Shown piece by piece: positions 47,388 through 60,410 of a stretch of 64,000 nucleotides of DNA; positions within the stretch are counted from its first letter, which is position 1; every line of letters starts with the position of its first letter. Origin of the DNA: Macrostomum lignano (lineage: Eukaryota). A model generated the notes under the pieces. The model saw only the letters and a list, made by a program, of their open reading frames with translations, did no database searches and had not been told where the DNA came from. Where the stretch lies: contig NIVC01000521.1 in the NCBI GenBank assembly GCA_002269645.1, positions 372,001 through 436,000 of the forward strand. The letters run 5' to 3'. Made by a program: the position numbers and the translations under genes.

Positions 47388-50300
47388 GTGAGTATCTAGC
47401 CCCATATAACTTTCGATGTCTTCGATATATAGAAGCTCAGTAGTTGCCGAATCAGGGAGAGGGGGGACTTAAGATTCCGCAAGTGTGTGCAGATTTTTTT
47501 TACGTTGCCAGGCAGTCAGACAGGCGAATATTAGACTTGACTGTAGGATTTGAGAAGAATCTCCATTGAACAGCTGCTAAAGCCGACTCAATACTCGTTA
47601 AAGGAGTGCCTCTCCTAGGAATCGTTTGCTTCTTTTTTGAAACGTCGGAAAAATTGCAGGGGGAAGTTATTGATAGGCGGAAGAGCTATGGAGGCCATGA
47701 GCATTTTTAGAGTCTATGTGTAGTTAATCTAGTTAATTTACAAGTTTCAACTGATGAAGTTGCTCAGCAGCACGCATGGCAGTTTCTCAAAAGCCATCGT
47801 GCCCGTCCCCCGTGCCAACTTATAAAATGTTCAACTCATTAATGTTTTGTATAAAAACTTCGATGCCATAAATATATGGAAGGCTCCAGGTGGTCATAAA
47901 AATGCAGTTCCCCGTGCCTGTATAGAAACAAGATATACAAGAAAACTTTTGTCTCTTTAAAAACATTCGACAGGCGAGCCACCGACAGCGACTCCAGGGC
48001 AGGAGTCTTCGGCCGCCTCAGGGCACCAGCCGATGTCGATGTCGCTACCGCCGATGCCGTTCCCGGCTGCCGCAGCTGCCGCAGCCGCCGCCGCAGCAGC
48101 CGCCGCGGCCGCCGCAGTGACCACAAACACTTCTCAGTCTCAGCAGCAGCAGCAGCAGACGACTCCGCCGCACTGCAAGCCGGTGTCCAGCGGCAACTCC
48201 TCCGCTGCCTCGCTGCCGACACTGCCGGGCCTGCCGGCTCCCTGGTTCTGCTGGCCGAACTATGCCGCCGCAGCTGCCGCCGCCGCCGCCCTGTTCGGCG
48301 GCACTGCAGCTGCAGGTCACGGCAAGCCCAATGGAATCGGTGAGCATTTCTACGAATTTCATATAGAAGACATGAAAACATGAAACAAACATACGGGGAC
48401 ATGAAACGTGAAAGACAGGGCGTCAGTATTCTCTTTAATATACTGCAGTTTTGTTTCAAAGTAAATCGTTTTACCAAATTGAAGCAAAAGATGCGCAATT
48501 GCAAAAAAGCTTCTATATCTTAGAAATTGTTTATGTATACACACACCCCGAATGAAGGCTGGCGCTCTGTGTAGGAATCGTATATACACAAAACTTTGTC
48601 CTGAAATGCACCCTATAATATGGGATCCTTTTCTCTGCAGCATGGTTGGACGGGGGGCGGAGACCGATTAGGATTGTTTTCGGCGTAATCAAATTTATTA
48701 TCCCTTCAATAATGTGCGCAAATTTCTTGATTGTTTTGCCCGTCCAGCCCCCGAGGTCCTGAAGTCCTGAACAAAAAAGTGGCCCACCAAGAATATATAG
48801 CCAAGGTTAACAAGAACCTGGGGATCGCACAGGCCCAACATACAGACACACTTGACTTCCCAGCCGATCCCAACCATGATGCCATTTCAATTTTCCCCGC
48901 ATGGTTTTAAACAGCATTTACAACAATTTCTGTGCTGTGTAGAGAAAGCTTTCTTAGATTGAGTTTTCCGCAGCAATATGCAGCTGGTTGTATCGTCACT
49001 CAACAGCGAAATTGAAGGAGTTGAAGATTCGATTGTAGCGAGCGGGGGAGGTGTTGCCATAGCCAACCAACCGAACTGCAGGTTCAAAATTTCGAAAAAA
49101 GCAGCAATCGATGCAGCCAGCTTGGGATTTTTCGAGGTTGCGAGCTTTGATAGGGAATGAAATGAAATGACGCAAATCTCCCCCCCCCCAAGCCCTAGCT
49201 GCTGTTGCTGGGCAAAATTCGCCACTTCAAGAACTGCGTGTGCGCCCTGTGTGTTAAGTTAGTTTTTGCTTTGCAAACAATTTTTCTACCGCAATTCATA
49301 GTTTTGTAATAATTCTCCCCTCATGCCTGCTCCCAGTTGGAAATATAGATGGAAGTACCGTTGGCATAGCAACCGTAACTATACAATAATAACAAAAAGA
49401 GATGCACGTCCGCCCAATTCGCTAAATCTCCACGCTTTGGTTCTTAAAAAAATTCGCTAAAATAAAGCTTCTTCAGTCTTCCAATGATAAATTTGTTAAA
49501 CTGTCAGTGCACCGGCTCGGGTTTAATGAGCTTAAGACTAAGATCCCCGATTAAAATCTGGGAAGAAACGAAATTGGGGAAGGCCGACAGCGGGTGGCGC
49601 GAACGAAGAAGCAACTCAAACGAGGCGGCATTGCGGCACCGCGGGGGGTGGGTTGCTTGCGGCACATTATAGCGGCTATTTCATCAAGGCAACAGTTTGT
49701 GTTTTTCGATGCATGCCAGCTTAATACCCCATGATGCTGTTCACCGATTTTTTCCATCGAATCCTGTCCACCCCCACCTCCCACATGCGGGCTCCCCTCC
49801 GAGAGGTCTTTAAGTCGGCGATCTTTCGATCTGCCAAAGAGCAACCCGACCGTGGCGCAGCATGCAGGTTCAATTGGGAATCTCCGATTTCAAAGACTGG
49901 GAGCATGCAGCTATATTTATATCTATATATATATGGAATATGCGGGCCCCTCGCCTTAGAGATTGAGGACACACAGAGATCGGCGGCGCCTGAGCACCGC
50001 TGCTGGGTGCCGCGCCCGCCTAATTGAAGAAACTCAGATACTCAGAAACTCAGATCACTCAGAAAGTCTTTAGCCTGAGTAGGATCCACGAGACGTAGAA
50101 GCATGAAATTTGTCTATGGTAAAGACCAACTTTTAAAAGTATCGCAGCAAAAATTTTAAACAGAAGCAGCCACTTTTGAGTCCACTGCAGCGAGTTAAAG
50201 TCAGTTCACCCCCTGAGTTCTTCAATTCAACAATGAAGCTGGAAAATCGCGACTTCAGAGCAATGATGTACCTGCACTTCAAGCAAGGCAAGTCGCCGGC

Positions 50301-53300
50301 CGAATCGTATCAAACTTTACAGAACGTTTTCACCCATGTATGTCCTTCATACGCAACCGTCAAAAACTGGTTCGCTGAGTTTCGCCGAGGTCGAGAAAGC
50401 CTCGAAGATGAACATCGATCCGGGAGACCCTGTGACGCAGTGACTCCAGAAAATATCTGCGCTGTGTCCAGCATGATTGCCGCTGACCGGCGAGTGACCT
50501 ACCAGCAGATCCAGCAGGAGATCGGTATTGGATCGGGGAGTGTGCACGCCATTATGCACGAACACCTTGGAGTGCGGAAGCTGGCTTCCCGGTGGATCCC
50601 CCATCAGCTGTCGGACGTGCAGAAGGACACCAGGGTGGCTTGGTGCCGATTCATGCTGCAGAAATTCGAATCCGGGACCAGCCGGCGTATCTGGGACATC
50701 CTCACGGGCGATGAGACCTGGATTTATCAATACGACCCCGAAAGCAAGCGCCAGTCAGCCATGTGGACCTTTGGAGACGAGGACAGCCCCACAAAGTTTC
50801 GACGCAGCCGGAGTGTCGGCAAGCAGATGGTGGCCTGTTTCTTCATGCGCACTGGGCATGTGGCTTCCGTTTCACTTGAAGATCGCCAGACAGTCACCGC
50901 TGACTGGTACACAACGGTTTGCCTGCCCAAGGTCTTTTCTGCTGTGAGCCAGAGGCGCCCAAGGTGCGGAATGCGTGGGGTGCTTCTGCACCACGACAAC
51001 GCCAGCGCGCACACGGCGGCTCAAACTCTGGAGTTTCTGGCTGACTGTGGGGTCCAGCTGATGACTCACCCTGCTTACAGTCCAGACCTGGCACCGTGCG
51101 ACTTTTTTCTGTTTCCGAAGTGCAAGGAGATTCTGAAGGGCCAGGTTTTTTCTTCACCGGAAGAAGCTGTAAATGAGTTCAAAAACATCATCGAGGAGCT
51201 CCGGGATGAGGATTGGCGGCATTGCTTCGACAGCTGGTTTCACAGGATGCAAGCCTGTATCAATGCCGGTGGAGAGTATTTTGAGCACTTGTAGTCGTTT
51301 TTTAGTTCATTTGTTGCTGTTTTCTTGTTCAGGCTAAGAACTTTCTGAGTGACCCTCGTACATGGAGATGTCTCCGAATGATTTCTAAACCGATTTTTTT
51401 GTGTGTGTGTCGCCAAACACTGCGCTGCCTACCTAATTAACCGATTGCGACTTCTATACAGCATTCCTATAGTCAACATTTAACCTCCCCCCCCCCCTAA
51501 CCCGCAGCTCCGCCGCTACCTCCCGTGACGTCATCAGCTGCCGCCGAGCTGCACGACGCTGCGGCTCAGCAGATGCGCGGCCTGCTGGAGTACCAGGCAG
51601 CTCTGCGGCACATGCTCGGAGTCGCCAGCCTGGCTGCCGCTGGCGGCGCGCCGCCTCCGCCGCCTCCGCCGCCCGCGCCACCAGCTCTGCCGACGCACCT
51701 GTCGATGCTGCAGCACAGCGGCAACAATCATCATCATCAACACCATCAGCAGAGTCAGCAGCGGATGACTGCCGCCCAGCATCCCAGCTTCAGCTGGTTC
51801 CCGACTCCGGCTGGCTCAATGCCGTTGCCGTCGGCTGGGCCGCTGCCGCCGCCTCTTCCGCCGCCGCCCCATCGGCCATCGTCATCGTCAGCAGCAGCCG
51901 CCGCCTTCCCCAGGCATCAGCAGGCGGCTGGCATGGCCGCATTCTGCGATCATCACCCACATTCGCCCTCGATCCTGGCCTCCAGGGAGACGGACTCGCT
52001 CAGCCCGGCCGATCACAAGGACCATGAGAACAGCAACGAGGACAGTCTGAGCAGCTGCGCGTCAACCAACGGCGGCGGTGTCGGCAACTTCCAGTGCGTC
52101 AAGTGCAGCAAGCTGTTTTCAACGCCGCACGGACTGGAGGTTCACGTTAGACGGTCAGTGCTGAGAAGCCGAAACTGGTTCTAAAGTTTCTGTCATTATT
52201 GAAGACAATTAAGGGCAAGATTTAAAAGTCCCCCATAAAATGGTTTTGTTTCACTCCAGGTCTCACTCCGGCAAGAGGCCCTACGAGTGCGAAGTCTGCC
52301 AGAAGACGTTCGGCCATTCGATCTCGCTGTCGCAGCATCGGGCCGTGCACTCGCAGGAGAAAGTGTTCGAGTGCAAAGAGTGCGGCAAGACGTTCAAGCG
52401 GTCCAGCACGCTGAGCACCCACCTGCTCATCCACAGCGACACCCGGCCCTACCCGTGCCAGTACTGCGGCAAGCGCTTCCACCAGAAGTCGGACATGAAG
52501 AAGCACACCTATATTCACACAGGTGAGAACAGTTCCCCATGAGCCGTCAATTGCGCTAAATACATGTATGCTGAGCTATAGGCCAGGTGCCCGCGGCCCA
52601 ACACCTAAAACGATTTTTTTACACCGTCATCGTCTAAAAACCCTAAATTGCCCAGCATCAGCGATCAAAAACCACGTGTCACCCCCGAGCACCGCGTGCA
52701 GGAGTCTGGAGGTCGCTATTTATAGCTCTGATAGGGGCAGGGGGCGACCGAAGAACCGATTCAGCTTCTCTGAAAACCGTCTGATTTCCGCTACGCCTAC
52801 CAGAGCGTAGACGTGCAATTAATTAGCTTTACGCCTCCAAATTCTCTCCGCGACCCGCATTGAAACTCGACCACGGTCCTCCGGGTCTCGCTGATTGCCT
52901 CCTTAACCTGTGACCGCCATGCGGTTTAGCTCCTCCTCAGCTTCCACGCCCACCGATTCTTCTCCATCTCTATCTCGCCTCTGTCTAAGCACAGCTGTCT
53001 AATGCTACGAGTTGCACACGACCACGGCGTGCGGACAAGCGCCAACACATCACACCTATAAATGCTTGGCCCCCATTGTAACCCTATACGCATCTGTCTC
53101 TTACATACATGCATGCATTTAGTTGCATCGCTTAGCTAGATATTTCTATATATATCAAACATCACTATGCTTTATGGGGCCCGCATACTCTGTGCACACA
53201 CTTCATCTGACCTACCAGTCTCACCCTAGCCCCCCCCCCCAGCCTGACCAAGCAGAAGCACATGTGTGTCTCAGAATTATAGTGAAAGGCACTTCCCATT

Positions 53301-54127
53301 TTTATAAATCCTGCACACAAATCCCGATTGATATAAATATATAGATGCATGAAAATCCAGCGGCGTGAAAGCACTCGAAAAATCCCCCCCTCCTCCCCGT
53401 CAATTAGGGAGACCGCGCGAGACCCGTCCGTCTCTTCCCTGATCCCCACCCGCTGCTGCTCCAGCGGCTCTGATTCCTCCCTCATTGAGGCATCATCACA
53501 CCAGCAAACAAATGGAGAGTTGGGAGAATCAACAGGCTTTCCCCGGCTGCGTGATCCCAGATTTTTTTCACTGAAGAGTTTTTAGTCCGATTTCAGTATA
53601 AAAATTCAATCCCATGACATTAAAATCGCAGACAGGAAAATTTTGGGAAAGTACACCTTACCCGGTTCAAAATCTATAAGATGATGCTCCGTCTCTTACT
53701 TTTCTCAGGTGAGAAGCCCTACAAATGCGTGCAGTGCGGCAAGGCCTTCAGCCAGTCGTCCAACCTGATCACGCACAGCCGGAAGCACACCGGCTACAAG
53801 CCGTTCACCTGCAACCAGTGCGGTCGCAGCTTCCAGCGCAAGGTGGACCTGCGCAGGCACACGGAGACTCAGCACGCCTGTCCCGCCGCAGCTGCCACCG
53901 CCGTGGCTGCCGCCGGCTCCCTTGACACTCGCAGCCCGTCGCCAATGCAACTGATCCCCACTGCCTCGACGGTCAGCAGGCAGCAGCAGCAGCAGCAGCA
54001 GCAGTTGTCATACTCCGTAGACAGCATTCTAAGCAGAAGTGACAGCTCAGGCGGTGCTCAATCCGCAGCAGCAGGCAGCATCGCCGAGACGATGGCCGGT
54101 TCAACAACAATGGAAGCCATGGCTTAG
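47300..54127 (+). CDS. GFI1: Gfi1/Gfi1b/senseless C2H2 zinc-finger transcription factor, 5 coding exons
   Basis: Exons 47300-47387, 47974-48339, 51508-52153, 52260-52522 and 53709-54127 splice in frame (phases 1,1,2,1). Six fingers carry the diagnostic [68 protein letters not shown] and [10 protein letters not shown]. Confidence 0.92.
47974..48339 (+). CDS. GFI1: Gfi1/sens exon 2 (Ala/Gln-rich)
   Basis: cgacag| acceptor and G|GTGAGC donor; open frame. Confidence 0.72.
50041..51358 (+). mobile_element. Tc1/mariner DNA transposon (DD34D mariner)
   Basis: TA TSD at 50039-50040 and 51359-51360. Right TIR 51329-51358; left TIR 50055-50078 matches except for its outer 6 bp. Confidence 0.95.
50233..51294 (+). 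CDS. Mariner transposase, apparently intact (353 aa)
   Basis: HTH region, [27 protein letters not shown] and [16 protein letters not shown]; 34 residues between the second and third catalytic Asp. Confidence 0.95.
   Translation: MKLENRDFRAMMYLHFKQGKSPAESYQTLQNVFTHVCPSYATVKNWFAEFRRGRESLEDEHRSGRPCDAVTPENICAVSSMIAADRRVTYQQIQQEIGIGSGSVHAIMHEHLGVRKLASRWIPHQLSDVQKDTRVAWCRFMLQKFESGTSRRIWDILTGDETWIYQYDPESKRQSAMWTFGDEDSPTKFRRSRSVGKQMVACFFMRTGHVASVSLEDRQTVTADWYTTVCLPKVFSAVSQRRPRCGMRGVLLHHDNASAHTAAQTLEFLADCGVQLMTHPAYSPDLAPCDFFLFPKCKEILKGQVFSSPEEAVNEFKNIIEELRDEDWRHCFDSWFHRMQACINAGGEYFEHL
51508..52153 (+). CDS. GFI1: Gfi1/sens exon 3 (Pro/His-rich plus ZF1)
   Basis: cccgcag| acceptor; CG|GTCAGT donor. 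Confidence 0.88.
52260..52522 (+). CDS. GFI1: Gfi1/sens exon 4 (ZF2-4)
   Basis: Diagnostic finger sequences. Confidence 0.95.
53709..54127 (+). CDS. GFI1: Gfi1/sens exon 5 (ZF5-6 and tail)
   Basis: ttctcag| acceptor; TAG stop. Confidence 0.93.
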
Positions 54128-55287
54128 GCATGGGCTTGAATCAATCCATTGGAAACTGCGTATATAAGATGTACTGTAGCCAACCTGGAATTCATGCGCG
54201 AGTAGCCAGCCCCAATGAGTCCCCCCCTCATGTTCACGCGGCCGTATAAAGTCTCATTAAGTTTCTCTCTGCTGACAGCTCCCGCGGGTGGATGGAGAGC
54301 GAACAAAGAGCTTCTATGCAATCAATGGGACCCAGCTGGACAAAGACTCAGCTTATAGAGTAGCGCTGATAGTGGGTGATATCAATAAAAACATGCAGAG
54401 AATTATGGAAGAACTGATCAGTTTTTATGGGCAAAAAATTGAAATTGCTCCCTCAAGTGCAACAGATGCTCGCGGTGACCTCGCGACAATTTATTGACCA
54501 ACTTATGTTAGAAAGCCCGCGCAGGTCCGCTTGAAGCTCTATGCATAGCTGTCTCTAAATGTATTTCTACATAAATTAATCTTTTTTCGTTTTGCTTTTT
54601 TGTTTTGCTTTTTTTCACCGGATACTTCATGTGCAGCCCCAGGCTCCATTGTAACTGCAATCCAGGAGGAGCCACTGAAGCACCTGCAGAGTTCTGCTGC
54701 ACCTTTGCGTGAATTATTTCCGCCACTGACATATTTCCTTTTGCTTTCAATACTTTTTGTTTGTTTCTTTGTGAGTGTCTTCTTTTGCGCTGCATATTTT
54801 GCTAATTCTGTGCACCTTTCATATTACGAGGGACAAGAAGACTCTTCATCACCCCCAAAACATTGTTGAATAATTATGAATTCTGCTGTTCAGAATCCTC
54901 TATTCTAAGTTTTGTTTTTGTGAAACTGTCGTGTTCATTCACTCAAAAAGTTATCGTATAATATATTTATATATTATTATTACTACTAATACCGCGAATA
55001 ATATATAAAAGTTCGACTGCAATTGCACAAAGTACTCACACACACTTGAATACAAATATAAATAGACTAAAACATGTGACTGCGTTGATTAAAAAAATAA
55101 TATAAAAATTACAAAATCTAAAAAAACAACTGACTTTATCTTTGGTATTCTTTTTGCCTAAGATGGTCTGCTCTTAGTGCACAGTTTACCAGACAATATG
55201 GGTATGCATGAGTTTTTGTATGAGCTGCGGGCTGCCGTTTTCAATTTTCATTTGCGATGTGCAACCTGATTGTATATTTTACCTAGT

Positions 55288-55985
55288 ACTGGCTAACTCA
55301 TTAGCTCAGGTATTGGCTAACTCATTAGCTAAGGTCTTGGCTAACTCATTAGCTCAGGTATTGGCTAACTCATTAGCTCAGGTCTTGGCTAACTTATTAG
55401 CTCAGGTCTTGGCTAACTCATTAGCTCAGGTCCTGGCTAACTCATTAGCTCAGGTCTTGGCTAACTCATTAGCTCAGGTCTTGGCTAACTCATTAGCTCA
55501 GGTCTTGGCTAACTCATTAGCTCAGGTCTTGGCTAACTCATTAGCTCAGGTCTTGGCTAACTCATTAGCTCAGGTCTTGGCTAACTCATTAGCTCAGGTC
55601 TTGGCTAACTCATTAGCTCAGGTCTTGGCTAACTCATTAGCTCAGGTCTTGGCTAACTCATTAGCTCAGGTCTTGGCTAACTCATTAGCTCAGGTCTTGG
55701 CTAACTCATTAGCTCAGGTCTTGGCTAACTCATTAGCTCAAAATCTTGGCTAACTCATTAGCTCAGGTCTTGGCTAACTCATTAGCTCAAAATCTTGGCT
55801 AACTCATTAGCTCAGGTCTTGGCTAACTCATTAGCTCAGGTCTTGGCTAACTCATTAGCTCAGGTCTTGGCTAACTCATTAGCTCAGGTCTTGGCTAACT
55901 CATTAGCTCAGGTCTTGGCTAACTCATTAGCTCAGGTCTTGGCTAACTCATTAGCTCAGGTATTGGCTAACTCATTAACTCAAGT
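55288..55985. repeat. 24-bp minisatellite (ttggctaactcattagctcaggtc), ~29 copies
   Basis: Direct periodicity; very homogeneous. Confidence 0.96.
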
Positions 55986-57574
55986 CTTGGATAGACATTA
56001 GCATAAGTTTTACAACGTCTGCAACTTAACTACTTAAATTTGCTTCGAACTCAGCCAACCCCTTCGAATGGATCAATTTAAATCCTACCAAATCCCGAAA
56101 GTCATTCGCGGCGAGGAACATAAAAAATTGAAGTCAAAATCGAAGGCAGCGCATCTGGGCCACAAAAGCACAAACTCACTCTGCCAGTTTGGGAGATTCC
56201 CCAGTTTCAATAACTCGATAAAAAGCTCGGAAAACTTCGAGTCCCCAGATTCGGCAGAACGGTACACCCGAAGCTCATTGCTGCTGGCCCGGTTAAATTC
56301 CCTGAATTATGCATGCGGCCTTGTAATCCGAGCAGATTAGCGGCCACTTATCCGGGTGCAGGCTAATGGCCTCATCCGCAACCCCACGGGATCGCCTCAT
56401 ACCACTCGCGGCTTGGACACCAACCGCTGAGAAGTCGATTTGGGGGATCTGGGAGGTGATGCGGCAGAGAGGAGAGAGAGAGAGGCTGGAAACCAGTGAA
56501 CTGCGCGCCGCGGATTAAACAGGATGAAGCAAAACTCTTTCCAGACTCGCTATGCCTGTGCCAGCCTGACCGGGAGTGCAGAGAAAAGTTGCCAGACTTG
56601 ATGAAGCTCCCCCCCCCGGATCCAGCTTAAAAACAACGGTAGATTATACTGTCCGAAAGTGAGGCTCCTGAGGTCTTATAGCTCGTAATAACCATATCGA
56701 AAATTCAATTCGACCGCTCCGCCCCCAAGTCTTGAAAAGTTTCCAGTGAATTTCTAGTAATAATCAGATTGGTGAAAACTGTGGGATCATGAGCGAGTGA
56801 ATGACAAGAAGAGAGTATAGTTGGGGACGTTTAGCACCTGGGGAAGTCTCACGCGGAGTCCTTGTCAAGGTTTTCCCATTAATAAAGTTGAAGAGAGGGA
56901 CGGAGCGAGAGTGAAGTTATACATATACACACGCATGAAAGAGGAAAATTTACAATTTTGATGAAATTTGATGAAATAAGCTCAGCGAATGAACCAAATG
57001 GAAAAGTGGAGCGATCCGGGATGGAGAGTCTGCATCAGTTTTTTAGTAGACTTGCTCACAGTCTCAGCTCAGGGAATCTGTTTAAGCATTACCCATGGGC
57101 AGTTATTTCACTCCTCTAATGGCACTTCGCTTCCTGCAATGCTCAGAGGTAGATAAGGGGAATATAGCTTAGGCCATTCCAACAGGTGTTGTCGGGCAGG
57201 ATGCAGCAGTGACGGCTGGGAGTTCAAACTTGCTAACCACTATCTGATGCAAGGATTATAAAGTATCCCGTTGATAGCTTTAGGCTATAGTGTTTGTGCA
57301 GACTCCCGGACACTGAGTGGTGATGGGGCTTTAGGATTGTTAAACTTGCTGTTAACTCCCGGCTTTGGACTCGTGAAGTCTCACTACAATATGTATGAGT
57401 TTGTTTGTCTCTGAAATGCTGGGATAATTACAATATTTGCCGATCCCATCAGCTGCCTGCTGAGATAATCTATTATAATCTATTAATCAGGCTACATCAC
57501 ACTGCTTCTCAGTTCGTGTCCTCTCATTATGAAACCAAGACTTAGTCTCCATCTCCATCTCCCTCTGATTCTCA

Positions 57575-58290
57575 GTCTCAGTTTCACTCAATCTCAATCT
57601 CACTTAATCTCAGTCCCACTCAAGCTCAATCTCACTCAATCTCAGTCTCACTCAATCTCAGTCTCACTCAATCTCACTCAATCTCAATCTCAGTCTCACT
57701 CAATCTCAGTCTCACTCAATCTCAACCTAAGTCTCACTCAATCTCAATCTCAGTCTCACACAATCTCAACCTAAGTCTCACTCAATCTCAACCTAAGTCT
57801 CACTCAATCTCAATCTCAGTCTCACACAATCTCAACCTAAGTCTCACTCAATCTCAATCTCAGTCTCACACAATCTCAGTCTGAATTTCAATCTCAGTCT
57901 CACTCAATCTCAGTCTCACTCAATCTCAGTCTCACTCAATCTCAGTCTCACTCAATCTCAGTCTCACTCAATCTCAGTCTCACTCAATCTCAGTCTCACT
58001 CAATCTCAGTCTCACTCAATCTCAGTCTCACTCAATCTCAGTCTCACTCAATCTCAGTCTCACTCAATCTCAGTCTCACTCAATCTCAGTCTCACTCAAT
58101 CTCAGTCTCACTCAATCTTAGTCTCACTCAATCTCAGTCTGAATCTCAATCTCAGTCTCACTCAATCTCAGTCTCACTCAATCTCAATCTCAGTCTCACT
58201 CAATCTCAGTCTGAATCTCAATCTCAGTCTCACTCAATCTCAGTCTCACTCAATCTCAGTCTCACTCAAGCTCAGTATCACTCAATCTCA
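57575..58290. repeat. 16-bp minisatellite (ctcaatctcagtctca)
   Basis: Direct periodicity. Confidence 0.93.
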
Positions 58291-58703
58291 GTCTCATCAA
58301 ACCTGAGTCTCAGTCGCATTCAACCTCAGAATCTCAGAGTCTCAGGAGTCTCAGAGAGACAGCTCACTGCTGCCGCCCAGTTTCAGTCAGCTTAGCGGCC
58401 CCTGAACAGGCAGCTCAGCAGCTGCCAGGCAATGGCGGGAGGCGGTCAGGCAGGAAATCATCGCTTAGGCGACACCGCAGCTCAGATGGACCAGTGCGGC
58501 CGCTTAATCCGTTTAAAAAATCCGCCGACCGAACCCTCGCATCGGTGCTGAATTAAAGATGAATCCGAGCTGCGCATGCGGGAGAGGGGAGTCTGAGGGC
58601 GGGCAGGGAAATTCTTCCCAGTATATAGTTGTGATTCGCGCCCAACTCCGCGCGGGGGGGGGGGGTAGAAGCCGATATATACTCTCCAGGGGATTTTACT
58701 GGA

Positions 58704-58741
<38 letters not shown>

Positions 58742-60142
58742 TTCTCTCTCTGAAAAATAGCAGATTAAGGATTTGGGATTATTTCATAATTATTTCATCC
58801 TTGTTCCCAACCGACAACCCCATCTCCTACAGTTCGCAACGCAGTCAAACAGCACGGGGAACCTGAGACAACAGGCCGCAGTCTCCTCATCTCTCGCTCC
58901 CCAGTCTCTTGTGATAAATGGCACAGTGGGCAATCATCAGTGGACAGGCTTGTAGAACAGTCGGGAAAGCGGGAAAAAGAGGGCAGATGTGGGGGGGGCC
59001 TTCTCGTTTGCTGTTGCTTGCTTCTGCTGCTCCTAGAAGAGGGAGAGAGAAAGGGGCAAACCAAGCGCTCGCGCGCGCGCGCTTTATCAGGGCGAGGCAA
59101 TTTCTGCAAAAGACTCCGAGAGCACAGAGATTATATCAGCTAATGAATTTCCCGAGAGACAGAGACAGAGGCAGAGAGGGGTGTTTTGGAGCGGGGCTGG
59201 CGGAAGGCTTGAGGTGACTCCAGTCCCTTGGGCCTTCTCCCTCACGTTGTCTCTGCCGCACTGGCCACTGGGCTAAATCTGCAGCGGACCAGCCCTGCCC
59301 GTGGACTCTCCGCTCACCATGCAGTCCCGTCCGCCTGTCTGCAGATAACTCGATTTCTCAGCCCCGGACTGGCCCTCAGCAACAGAATAAGAGGGGAAAA
59401 GGGAGATTTGTGCAAAAAAACTGAAATCCCCTCTCATTGAGGATGTGTTAGCCCGAGGGTGCACGCTAGCCCGCCTTTGTGGGGCTGATTATATTCGTTA
59501 ATTTTTGGGTATTCGCTCAAATCGCAACCGGATAGATGAAAGGCGGCCCCAGCTATGATTACGAGTTTATCCCTTTTTTCCCTATCGACCCTATAATCCC
59601 AACCAATAATTCAGCCCCATCGTAGAGGGAAATCCATGCAGGCGGAGCGCAGTCTAAAAATAGAAACGAGGGATTCCCCCGCAAACTAGCAAACGAAGCC
59701 GTCAGAGCTAACGTAGAAAGGATCTCATTGAAGTGAGGAAAAGCTGTTCAAGACTCGAGTGGGTCAAGAGAACTATTCCCAGTTCTCATCCCGCGGACGA
59801 AAATTCCCAAAGAAGGATTAAGCAATTCTGGGATTAAAATTTCGGCGACTTGGGTGGGGGTTGGAGAAACTTCGCTACACCAAGCAAATTACTTCGAATT
59901 TCATCTTCACCCTAGTTTGTTGGGATAAAAAATTAACGGTAGGGTTCAGCAGCAGGGTTTTAGAAAGCCGGGCAGATGGTCCTCCAACTGACGAGCTCGT
60001 CAATCAGAATGCGAGAGCTGAGCACAGTGTCCACACTTCAGGGTGGACATTCATCTGGCTCCCGTTGGACTCGCTGTCTGAAAAATAATTTCTTTTATTT
60101 GGGCGCCTTCCAAAGCATTTTTAGCCTCTCTAATTTCTGCTT

Positions 60143-60410
60143 GCAGCCGTCAGATTGCAGTTTAAAGCCGTCAGATTGCAGTTTAAAGCCGTCTGATTGC
60201 AGTTTAAAGCCGTCTGATTGCAGTTTAGAGCCCTCTGATTGCAGTTTAGAGCTCTCTGATTGCAGTTTAGCGCTATCTGATTGCAGTTTAGCGTTATCTG
60301 ATTGCAGTTTAGCGTTATCTGATTGCAGTTTAGCGTTATCTGATTGCAGTTTAGCGCTATCTGATTGCAGTTTAGCGCTTTCTGATTGCAGTTTAAAGCC
60401 CTCTGATTGC
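60143..60410. repeat. 21-bp minisatellite (tctgattgcagtttagcgtta), ~13 copies
   Basis: Direct periodicity. Confidence 0.92.

Larger units (their letters stand above)
49235..51431. repeat. Dispersed repeat copy B (inverted relative to copy A), interrupted by the mariner
   Basis: Matches 18519-19393 on both sides of the insertion. Confidence 0.92.

Noticed and set aside
55208-56001. (ANSLAQVL)n ORFs
   Set aside because: Translation of a stop-free 24-bp satellite.
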